In this document: one piece after another, positions 37,120 through 45,883 of the stretch
Layout of the letters: each line of letters starts with the position of its first letter
How positions within the stretch are numbered: position 1 is the first letter of the stretch
From: Candidatus Saccharimonadota bacterium
GTDB taxonomy: Bacteria > Patescibacteriota > Saccharimonadia > Saccharimonadales > SLHW01
DNA: 64,000 bases
Reading direction: 5' to 3'
Assembly: GCA_024635455.1 (NCBI GenBank)
Contig: JAGXIU010000003.1
Coordinates: 226,446-290,445 of the forward strand
Made by a program: the position numbers and the translations under genes
Notes under the pieces: model-generated
Told to the model about the DNA's origin: nothing
Database searches by the model: none
What the model saw: the letters and a program-made list of their open reading frames with translations, nothing else

Positions 37120-37644
37120 TCAGCGTTTATAAAATAGTAGCCTAGCGTCACCATAGCGCTTCTCGCGTACCAGTGACCAGCTACCAAGTCGCGGCAGCTC
37201 CTGATTTGTCGGCCAAGACACAACTAATACACCGGTTGCTGCAACGTGTCGAGCAAACTGTTCAACAGTGGCAACTTGTGTATCGTTGTATGGTGGATCG
37301 CAAACGACGACATCATATAGCTGGTTTGTATGCGCCGATGACCAAGTTTTTGCAGGAATGTGAATCACTTTCATAGTATCAATGCCGAGCGTCGCTATAT
37401 TTTCTACAATACAGCGATATGCAGTCACGTCTCTTTCTAGCGCTAATACTTGCTGAGCATTTCGGCTAATCGCCTCTATTGCAACAGCGCCCGTCCCTGA
37501 GAATACATCAAGCACACTCATACCTGATATATCGCCCAAAGCGTTGAACAATGCTCCCCTTATCTTATCGCTCATTGGGTGCGTTCGATTACCGGATGGA
37601 GCCTTAAACTGACGTCCGCCTAAAAATCCAGCTATGACCCTCAT
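37120..37644 (-). CDS. rsmD: 16S rRNA (guanine966-N2)-methyltransferase RsmD
   Basis: VLDVFSGTGAVAIEAISR and DPPY motifs. Its ATG overlaps the upstream stop (ATGA). Confidence 0.85.
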   Translation of the reverse strand: MRVIAGFLGGRQFKAPSGNRTHPMSDKIRGALFNALGDISGMSVLDVFSGTGAVAIEAISRNAQQVLALERDVTAYRCIVENIATLGIDTMKVIHIPAKTWSSAHTNQLYDVVVCDPPYNDTQVATVEQFARHVAATGVLVVSWPTNQELPRLGSWSLVREKRYGDARLLFYKR

Positions 37645-38471
37645 TTGATGTTGTCGGATGTTTCAATCCCCGCCTCCAAACATGCGCTGTACCAGGTTAG
37701 CGAAACAGTTTTTATAATAGTTGGACCGAGTACGTGTCGCACCTGATAGGCAAGCTTTGGTGACCAGCCAGTTTTGTAGTAACGGTCATACATCTCTAGG
37801 GCAGCAATTTCACGTGCAGCCCTACGAAACCACTCGATGTATCCAATCTCCTGTAGTGCTTCAACGTCTTCGTGCTTAGGTACTGCCTCCCCAAAACCAA
37901 GCGGTGCGATAATTGTAGCGATACCTAACTCAAACAAACCATGAGTTGTCATCAAGCCTTTTGGGCCCCACATCTTCCAATTGTTTTTGACTTTTTCTCT
38001 CGTCGTATCACCTGGCATGACGAGCTTTTCTTTGATCGTAGTCCTATCAAGTATTGCTTTACCACCCCGTAACTTAATCAGTTCTTTTTCATAAGGATAA
38101 TGATGAGCTGGTGTAAGTCCATCAACCAATGCGTGGGCTAACCAAGCTGCTTCGAACGAGGCACGTTCATTGTTTTTTGCCTTCAGTTGTTTCAGTAAGT
38201 TATTATAGTGCTCTTCTATGAGGTCAATTAATGCTGAGTCACCGTTATCGAACGGACTGTAGTAATGCCACGGTTCATCTTGGGCAGGGCTTTTTCGCTT
38301 AATACCATCAGGGCCGTTCTTACCTTCAAATCGTAAAATATCCTTAATAGAAGGAAAGGTGTCATCGACTGGCGATAGCTTTACTAAGTGCTTCCGGGCA
38401 ACCCGATCTATCTTCTGATGGGCGCCGGCAACTCTACCTGAGTATTTCGTAATCGTAGAACCTGAGTACAT
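37641..38471 (-). CDS. zinc phospholipase C / P1 nuclease-superfamily-like protein (function uncertain)
   Basis: WHYYSPFD and AWLAHALVDGLTPAHH resemble the H..D...P.H metal-ligand motifs of Zn-PLC-fold proteins. The start is set at ATG 38471. The TTG at 38504 is less likely. Confidence 0.6.
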   Translation of the reverse strand: MYSGSTITKYSGRVAGAHQKIDRVARKHLVKLSPVDDTFPSIKDILRFEGKNGPDGIKRKSPAQDEPWHYYSPFDNGDSALIDLIEEHYNNLLKQLKAKNNERASFEAAWLAHALVDGLTPAHHYPYEKELIKLRGGKAILDRTTIKEKLVMPGDTTREKVKNNWKMWGPKGLMTTHGLFELGIATIIAPLGFGEAVPKHEDVEALQEIGYIEWFRRAAREIAALEMYDRYYKTGWSPKLAYQVRHVLGPTIIKTVSLTWYSACLEAGIETSDNIK

Positions 38472-38549
38472 TATCGTATTATGTGCGTGCGAACAGTCGC
38501 ACAACCCTTTACTTACTTATGTGTTGCCTGGAGTGCTCCGGGTAACTTC

Positions 38550-40586
38550 TTATTGTAGATTCGTGACTGATCGTAGCGATTGAACACGTGAGTACAGATG
38601 CTCGTATTGTAGCAAATCTTGGCCAGAATCGATAAAATCCTGAGCAGCATTGCGGGCTGACGCGATTAGTTCTGTATCTGTTAAAGAGGCGACGCGTAAA
38701 TCAAGTGCACCGTGTTGGTATGTCCCGTAAATTGCACCTGGGCCACGGAGCTCTAGGTCAAGTTCTGCGAGACGAAAACCATCGCTCATATCAGCTACCG
38801 CCCTTATGCGTCGACTCGGGCGTTTGCTATCGCTTAGCACGAGATAACAATAGCTTTGCTGCTCGGAGCGCCCAACCCGGCCGCGAAGTTGATGAATCTG
38901 CGCCAGTCCAAATCGATCTGCGCTTTCTATAATCATCATAGTAGCGTTTGGCACATCAACACCGACCTCTATGACCGTAGTACTCACCAGTACATCCAGT
39001 TTATGCTCAAGAAATTCTTGCATGACTGCAGTTTTCTGCTCTTGAGATAGCTTTCCGTGCAAGAGTCCGATTCGCCACGATTTGAGATCTTTTTGCTTGA
39101 GTCGTTTATAAACCTCAGTAGCTGATTGCGCTTTGAGCATTTCACTGTCCTCAATAAGTGGACAGACAACAAACAGCTGACGTCCTTCACGCAGCCCTTG
39201 TTCTACTTCGGTGTAAAGTTGCGCTCTAGAATTTGGTGAATGAATAGTGGTCTCAACTGGCTTTCTGCCAGCAGGCTTCTGCGCTAAGACCGATATATCC
39301 AGCTCACCGTACAGTGTTAGAGCGAGACTCCGCGGTATTGGCGTTGCGGTCATGTGAAGAACGTGTGGCATATAACCAACCGTTTTTTGTAGCTTGTGGC
39401 GTTGTTCTACACCAAATCGATGCTGTTCGTCAACAATGACCAGCCCCAAATTATGCATCGTTACTGCGTCACTTATCAATGCGTGCGTCCCAATAATACA
39501 GTGCAGTTGGTTGTCCGTAATTTGCTGGTGTAATTGTTTTTTCTGCTTGGTGCTCAAGCTACCCGTTAGCAGTCCGATCTGTTTGTCCATACCTAGCGGA
39601 GCAAGCAAGGAGCGCATTGTTACTTCATGTTGCCGAGCCAATATTTCAGTTGGCGCCATTAATGCCACTTGAAAACCATGCTTTATTGCCATGGCCGTAG
39701 CCATGGCCGCGACTACTGTTTTACCAGAACCAACGTCACCTTCTAATAATCGGTTCATTGGCTGAGTTTTCTGCATATCTTGATATATACGCCAAGCGGA
39801 CTTCCGCTGATCTTCAGTGAGATCAAATGGTAAATTTTGCACAATCGATTGCGCGACTGAACTCTCAAATGGCACAGAAACTGCAGTGTCTTGCATAAGC
39901 TCATATTTATTCAGAAGCGACGCTAACGTAAGCTGAAAGACTTCCTCAAATCCAAATCTATGACGTGCTTCCTGGAGTTGTTTTGATGAGTCAGGAAAAT
40001 GAATCTGCTGCAGAGCTTCTGCGCGAGGTGATAATGCCGTAGCTTGTAGTACTGATTGAGGCAATGTTTCTAGACTAGTTTTTATTAATGACTGGCATTG
40101 GTCAATTAACTTTCTGATTTGTACCGATGTTATACCACGTGACTCTCTGTAGACTGGAACGATTCGAGCAGTGTGCACGGTGGTATCACTGACCTGCTCG
40201 ATGATTGGATTTTGCAAGGAGAATCGTTGCCGACGTAACTGAAAGTCGCCCGATAAATAGTATGCCTGGCCAGGCTGAATCGACTTCGCCCGATAAGGCT
40301 GGTTAAACCAGACAACACGCAGAGAACCGGTCTTATCATGCGCCGAGGCTTCAGTAATATGTAAGCCTCGCCGTACGTAGCGTCCCTTTACATCAGAAAT
40401 CGTAGCCTCTATTGTCACCATACCAGGCTCAACTGAATCGATTGGATCTATCTGAGAGTAGTCATTGTATTCTCTTGGGAAATAATCCAGTAGATCGCTT
40501 AGCGTATCTATACCCATAGCACGAAGTTTGTCAGCGAAAACATCGCCTACCCCACGTAATACCTGGACTTTATCACTTACCTTCAT
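38550..40586 (-). CDS. recG: ATP-dependent DNA helicase RecG
   Basis: 678 aa, with helicase motifs GDVGSGKT, DEQHRFG and QLRGRVGR. Confidence 0.95.
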   Translation of the reverse strand: MKVSDKVQVLRGVGDVFADKLRAMGIDTLSDLLDYFPREYNDYSQIDPIDSVEPGMVTIEATISDVKGRYVRRGLHITEASAHDKTGSLRVVWFNQPYRAKSIQPGQAYYLSGDFQLRRQRFSLQNPIIEQVSDTTVHTARIVPVYRESRGITSVQIRKLIDQCQSLIKTSLETLPQSVLQATALSPRAEALQQIHFPDSSKQLQEARHRFGFEEVFQLTLASLLNKYELMQDTAVSVPFESSVAQSIVQNLPFDLTEDQRKSAWRIYQDMQKTQPMNRLLEGDVGSGKTVVAAMATAMAIKHGFQVALMAPTEILARQHEVTMRSLLAPLGMDKQIGLLTGSLSTKQKKQLHQQITDNQLHCIIGTHALISDAVTMHNLGLVIVDEQHRFGVEQRHKLQKTVGYMPHVLHMTATPIPRSLALTLYGELDISVLAQKPAGRKPVETTIHSPNSRAQLYTEVEQGLREGRQLFVVCPLIEDSEMLKAQSATEVYKRLKQKDLKSWRIGLLHGKLSQEQKTAVMQEFLEHKLDVLVSTTVIEVGVDVPNATMMIIESADRFGLAQIHQLRGRVGRSEQQSYCYLVLSDSKRPSRRIRAVADMSDGFRLAELDLELRGPGAIYGTYQHGALDLRVASLTDTELIASARNAAQDFIDSGQDLLQYEHLYSRVQSLRSVTNLQ

Positions 40587-40603
40587 ACTGTGATGTAGTA
40601 TAC

Positions 40604-41401
40604 CTACTTCACGCGACGAACGAGGAAAAACGTACTTGGACCAAAGTACATTTTTGCCAGCAATGGTTGCAAAATATACTCAATCTTCAACATAAACCAT
40701 CTTGGCAGTATAGCCTTAAGTCTTGGGCTGCGCAGATTTGAAACTGACAACGTTTTCTCTACTTTTAAGCCAGCGTGAGCCAACTGTTTTATGACTGTCT
40801 TAGGGTTATGGTTTACAAATGCAACTTCATCATCCCGCTGATTTTCTTTCGAACGGATATCAACTGGTTTCAATGGTAGTGGTTTTCGCTTGAGTAAATA
40901 CTTGAATCGGTTACGAGCGTGCGCATAGTTTGCGACTTCAAGTACTAAATAACCATCTTTTCGAAGCGCCCGCGCTATCTCGGAGAATTCTTTTGAAGGA
41001 TCTGGCAAGTGGTGCATCACGCGAATCATTGTTATGAGATCAACTGTATTGGTCTCGAACTGCAGATCATCGGCTTGCATCTTTTTCTGGGAAATATCTG
41101 GGTATTTTTTGAGGTATTTTTTCGCAATATCAAGTTGTGTTTGTGACGGCTCAGCTAGCGTTACGTTGCGAGCATATCGCTGCAATAGAATACAAAGTCT
41201 ACCATACCCGCCACCAATATCGACAGCTGTGTCAAACTCTCTGCCTCGAAGTAGTCGCTTTATGGCTTGTTGCTCGGCAGCATGTTCATAATCTCGGCCG
41301 TCCCAGTACTTTAGGTAGTTATAGTTACCACTGTCGTATTGATCAGCTTTCTTCTTTTTGCTACGTGGCTTCGTGCTAGATGTTTTCTGTTTGCGTGGCA
41401 T
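40604..41401 (-). CDS. class I SAM-dependent methyltransferase with a basic N-terminal tail
   Basis: VDIGGGYGRL motif I, followed by a Rossmann-like pattern. Confidence 0.8.
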   Translation of the reverse strand: MPRKQKTSSTKPRSKKKKADQYDSGNYNYLKYWDGRDYEHAAEQQAIKRLLRGREFDTAVDIGGGYGRLCILLQRYARNVTLAEPSQTQLDIAKKYLKKYPDISQKKMQADDLQFETNTVDLITMIRVMHHLPDPSKEFSEIARALRKDGYLVLEVANYAHARNRFKYLLKRKPLPLKPVDIRSKENQRDDEVAFVNHNPKTVIKQLAHAGLKVEKTLSVSNLRSPRLKAILPRWFMLKIEYILQPLLAKMYFGPSTFFLVRRVK

Positions 41402-41421
41402 AACTGGAGTAGTATAGCAGG

Positions 41422-42678
41422 TTACTTATTTGATGCGAGCTCGATTAGAGCAGTATTTTTTAAGGTTTTACCCTTCCGAAGCAGTAATCGGTTGTTTCGG
41501 AAATTTTCTTGATTGAATTCTTCTGTTTGTATGCTCGTACCATTTACGTACACCGAACCACCGCTAACGAGCCGACGTGCCTCCGTTTTTGAGCTGGCGA
41601 GCCCGCTTTCAGACAAAGCATCTACAACCGAAGCATTCGCAGGAATTACTGCTGAGGCCAGCTCTTCACGCAACAGTGCCAGTTGCGTCTCGGTAGCTTC
41701 TTGAATATCGATTTTTCCAGTGATGAAATTAGTTACGTCCTCAGCTCCATCACGAATATCGGCGCCGTGCACGATTTGGGTAACTTCATGAGCAAGCCGT
41801 TGCTGCGCATAGCGCTGCTTTGGGTCTGCTTGATGTTGTTCAATAATGGCTTCTAGCTCAGCTTTATCAAGTTCAGTATAAATTTTGAGGTATTCCTCGA
41901 CACCTGCATCGTCCACATTCAACCAAAACTGATAAAATTGCGTCGGGCTGGTTAATTCAGAGTCAAGCCAAACTGCTCCAGCTTCAGTCTTGCCGAATTT
42001 TTTTCCAGTAGTTTTATTAATAATTAGGGGTGCAGACCATACCTGTGCTTCGTTTCCAGATATCCGACGCACGAGCTCCACTCCTGCCAGACTATTACCC
42101 CATTGGTCAGAGCCACACAATTGCAGCGTTACGCCGTAGTTTTTATTCAGATAATAAAAATCATAGCCTTGGATGAGGGCATAGCTAAACTCAGCATAAC
42201 TTATCCCGGCTCCGTCTTCACGAAGGCGTGCTTGTACAAAATCTCTACCAAGCATCTGCCGCATTGGAACGTGTTTGCCGACATCGCGCAAAAACTCTAG
42301 GTAGCCGATATCTTTGAACCAGTCATAATTGTCAACGAGTTGAAAAGATTGGCCACTAAAGATTTGTTCGTACTGTTTAACTATCGCTTGTTTGTTTTTT
42401 TGTATCTCTTCATGAGTTTTGAGGCTACGTTCTTCGGCCTTGCCGTCGGGGTCACCGATAAGCCCGGTTGCACCACCGACTAATAGTACTGCCTTATGTC
42501 CTGCCGCGATAAAATGCCGAATCATCATTGCGATGGCAAGATGACCAATCGTCATAGATGTAGCGCTCGGGTCAACACCCCAATAAAAGGTTATAGGCTG
42601 CTCGTCTAATACAGTACTGTCCGAATAGGTTGTCTGATTAACGAAGCCGCGCCACGTAAGTTCTTCTGATAACTTCAT
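41422..42678 (-). CDS. tyrS: tyrosine--tRNA ligase
   Basis: Class I motifs (GHLAIAMMIRHF region, KFGKT) and a C-terminal S4 domain. The start is set at ATG 42678 (MKLSEELTWRGF). Confidence 0.93.
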   Translation of the reverse strand: MKLSEELTWRGFVNQTTYSDSTVLDEQPITFYWGVDPSATSMTIGHLAIAMMIRHFIAAGHKAVLLVGGATGLIGDPDGKAEERSLKTHEEIQKNKQAIVKQYEQIFSGQSFQLVDNYDWFKDIGYLEFLRDVGKHVPMRQMLGRDFVQARLREDGAGISYAEFSYALIQGYDFYYLNKNYGVTLQLCGSDQWGNSLAGVELVRRISGNEAQVWSAPLIINKTTGKKFGKTEAGAVWLDSELTSPTQFYQFWLNVDDAGVEEYLKIYTELDKAELEAIIEQHQADPKQRYAQQRLAHEVTQIVHGADIRDGAEDVTNFITGKIDIQEATETQLALLREELASAVIPANASVVDALSESGLASSKTEARRLVSGGSVYVNGTSIQTEEFNQENFRNNRLLLRKGKTLKNTALIELASNK

Positions 42679-42800
42679 ACGCGTCCCAGTATACAATAAA
42701 CAAGCACAGAGGTTGGAATTTTGTAATTGAAAGTGCTCATTATTTGCTATACTGAAGGCTGAGCTTTTATGCTTATTATGAGGGAGAAAACTACTTACAC

Positions 42801-45800
42801 ATGAGTAAATCGACTAAGAAGCGTAAGAAACCGTCAGAGGGAGCGCGTACTAATAAAGGACGGCGTAAAAAGACGTCCAAAAACACCTACACCACGAAAA
42901 ATGGCCAGAATATACGTGTGAATCGTACCATTCTAGATAAATTACGAGCACGAAAAGCTAATAATGCAAAGAAGCGTGCCCGACGTTTAGCAGGAATGCC
43001 AAAAAGTCGATTTAAACGGTTCTTTTATCGGCTCCACCCGAAACGACTTTATAAGTATTGGTTTAGTCGTGAAGGAGCTATTATGTTCCTCCGAGTTACT
43101 GGCATTGCTATCATTACTGGCTTCCTGGTGCTGGTGGGGCTATTTGCCTACTTCCGCAAAGACTTACCTGACCTGAGAGACATATCTGGCAACAATATAG
43201 GTGGCAGCATCCGCTACTACGACCGCACTGGGGAGACGCTCCTATGGGAAGATTTCGACGCCGTGAAGCGCGTACCTGTTCCTGGCGATCAAATATCAGA
43301 GCACATGAAAAATGCGACCATTGCTGTTGAGGACAGGGACTTCTTTGAGCATAGTGGTTTTGATGTGCGCGGTATATCGCGTGCGGCTTTTCGTAATATC
43401 ACTGGTCAAGGCGAGGTACGTCAAGGTGGTTCTACTATCACACAGCAATTAGTTCGACTCACGCAATCTGAGGTAGGTGCTGAGCAGACATACACTCGCA
43501 AAGTTAAAGAGCTCATATTATCAATCGAGCTAGAGAGAAGCTTCACAAAAGATGAGATTCTCGTCGGATACCTAAATACTGCTCCTTACGGTAATGTCCA
43601 ATACGGTGTAGAATCAGCATCTCGTGATTACTTTAGTAAGTCAGCAAAAGATCTTGATCCAATCGAATCAGCATACTTAGCTGCTATGCCACAATCGCCG
43701 TCATATTATTCACCCTATGGACCAAACTTTAATCCTGAGGCACTCATAGGCCGAACGACATTCATATTAGGCCAGATGCGGAGCATGGATATGATTACAG
43801 ACGAGGAGTATGAAGCAGCGCTTGAGGTTGATATCTTAGATCGCGTAAAAGAACCTCAACCAAAGTATGGCAGTATCCGTGCACCGTGGTTTGTACTGAC
43901 AGCAAAAGACCAACTCGAAGCTACCTATACCGAAGGCGCTGTACAGCGTGGTGGCTGGAAAATAATTACAACTCTTGATCTAGACGTTCAAGAGATTGCC
44001 GAGAAAAACGTATCCGGTGGCATGCCGCAAATTGTTTCTCAAGGTGGTGACTCAGCTGGTTTCGTAGCGGAAGATGTAGAGACAGGTCAAGTGGTTGCAC
44101 TCGTCGGTGGCTCTGATTTTACTAACGATGAATATGGCCAGAATAACTACGCTCGCCTCCGACTTCCACCTGGATCTAGCTTTAAACCATATGACTATTT
44201 ATCGCTGATCGATAATACTGAAGACTTTGGTGCCGGCTCAGTACTCTATGATAGTCGCGGACCAGTTCCGGGTTATCCTTGTACAACTGGGTCCGGCAGA
44301 ACCGGAAACTGTCTGCGTAACTATGACTTCCGCTATCCGGGTCCAGTAACGCTCCGCTACGCGTTGGGTGGATCTAGGAACGTACCAGCTGTAAAAGCTA
44401 TGTTGATTGCTGGCATTGATAACACAATTGCCACCGCCGAGAAAGTTATGGCAAACCCCGATGACCCAGAAGAGATTGTTGATGACACTTACAACTGTTA
44501 TGCTGATGACCTGTTAACCATCAAGGCAGATTGTTTCGCTTCTTCTGCTATTGGTGATGGTGCATATTTACGACTCGACGATCATGTTCATGGCATGGCG
44601 ACAATATCGCGCCATGGACTGAACATTCCCCAGACATATATATTAAAAATTGAGGATTCAACAGGTCGAGTTATCGACGAATGGGAGCCCTCAGCTGGCG
44701 ACCAAGTCGTTCGTGAAGAATCAGCCTATATCGTGGCGGATATGATGGCGGATCCAAATGCCAGCTACATGAGCAGAAAGCCACACCGTTTTAATGGTTG
44801 GGACTTCAGCCTCAAGACTGGTACTACCAATGATTCAAAAGACGGCTGGCTACTTGGGTTCTCGACAAAATATTCAGCTGGTGTATGGGTCGGATCGCAT
44901 AACCGTCGCGTTGAGATGTCAGGCTTTATGGAAACTATGACACAACCAATCTGGCAAGGATTTATGGAAGACGTTCATCGTGAGCTTGAGCCAATTGAGC
45001 GCGTACGGCCGAGCGGAATACAAGAACTTCCAGCTTTTGTTATACGAAGTAATGTTGGATTAGCTTCAGTTGAACCAAGCCGTGCGACCGATTTGTATCC
45101 AAGTTGGTATGGTAGGCAAACTGCTAGCAATGAAAAACAAGAAATTGACGTCGTTTCAAATAAACTCGCGACCGAGTGTACCCCAGGACGAGCACGTCGT
45201 GAAGTTACTGGTGGTGATCCATCACTATTCTCGGGCGATACGTTCGTTAATGAAGCCGCTGATACCACCCAAGAAGATGATGTTCATAACTGTAACGACA
45301 CTAAGCCAAAGATCAGTATATCAATCGATCAGAACAACGAAATATACACCATTCGAGCCAGCGTCACGCAAGGAACGCATCCGATATCGAGCGATGACTT
45401 CCAAGGTGTCGTAAACTTCTCAGTTGGTGGTAACGTCATACAGTCTTACGAGGTTAATGGTCCAGGCCCAACCCAGCGCTTTACATATTCTGGTAGTTTT
45501 TCTGGTACACGTACCTTGACAGCAGAAATCATTGACAGTGTTCTCTACGATGGTCAAGACCAGGTAACGCTCAGTGGACTTACGGTAGAGGAAGAAGAGC
45601 CTAGTGATCTAGTCATTACTGCAGCTACTTACAATACAGACGATGAGAAAGCAACGTTTAGCTGGAGTGAAAACTCTGGTCCAGTAACTATATATACTGC
45701 CTCAAACCAAGAATTGTGCACTGGAAATAACGGTAGTGCTAATTCGTGTACCTATGAGGGTGATGCTGTAGGTGTTGGTGACCAGGTTTATGCAGCGGAC

Positions 45801-45842
45801 AACAGTTCAACCTCAGAAACTTTCACAATCACGGAAGACTAG
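42801..45842 (+). CDS. bifunctional class A penicillin-binding protein (GT51 glycosyltransferase plus transpeptidase) with a polybasic N-tail and a beta-rich C-terminal extension
   Basis: EDRDFFEHSGFD and GGSTITQQL (GT51). SSFK, SRN and KTGT (transpeptidase). 1013 aa. Confidence 0.93.
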   Translation: MSKSTKKRKKPSEGARTNKGRRKKTSKNTYTTKNGQNIRVNRTILDKLRARKANNAKKRARRLAGMPKSRFKRFFYRLHPKRLYKYWFSREGAIMFLRVTGIAIITGFLVLVGLFAYFRKDLPDLRDISGNNIGGSIRYYDRTGETLLWEDFDAVKRVPVPGDQISEHMKNATIAVEDRDFFEHSGFDVRGISRAAFRNITGQGEVRQGGSTITQQLVRLTQSEVGAEQTYTRKVKELILSIELERSFTKDEILVGYLNTAPYGNVQYGVESASRDYFSKSAKDLDPIESAYLAAMPQSPSYYSPYGPNFNPEALIGRTTFILGQMRSMDMITDEEYEAALEVDILDRVKEPQPKYGSIRAPWFVLTAKDQLEATYTEGAVQRGGWKIITTLDLDVQEIAEKNVSGGMPQIVSQGGDSAGFVAEDVETGQVVALVGGSDFTNDEYGQNNYARLRLPPGSSFKPYDYLSLIDNTEDFGAGSVLYDSRGPVPGYPCTTGSGRTGNCLRNYDFRYPGPVTLRYALGGSRNVPAVKAMLIAGIDNTIATAEKVMANPDDPEEIVDDTYNCYADDLLTIKADCFASSAIGDGAYLRLDDHVHGMATISRHGLNIPQTYILKIEDSTGRVIDEWEPSAGDQVVREESAYIVADMMADPNASYMSRKPHRFNGWDFSLKTGTTNDSKDGWLLGFSTKYSAGVWVGSHNRRVEMSGFMETMTQPIWQGFMEDVHRELEPIERVRPSGIQELPAFVIRSNVGLASVEPSRATDLYPSWYGRQTASNEKQEIDVVSNKLATECTPGRARREVTGGDPSLFSGDTFVNEAADTTQEDDVHNCNDTKPKISISIDQNNEIYTIRASVTQGTHPISSDDFQGVVNFSVGGNVIQSYEVNGPGPTQRFTYSGSFSGTRTLTAEIIDSVLYDGQDQVTLSGLTVEEEEPSDLVITAATYNTDDEKATFSWSENSGPVTIYTASNQELCTGNNGSANSCTYEGDAVGVGDQVYAADNSSTSETFTITED

Positions 45843-45883
45843 TCCTAGCAATTTAGTTCGCTGGAACACGACCAAGTATTTAC

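Noticed and set aside
36942-37223. 93-aa minus-strand ORF spanning the tRNA-Leu gene
   Set aside because: It overlaps a well-formed tRNA-Leu(UAG) and the 3' end of rsmD. It is an artefact of an open frame.
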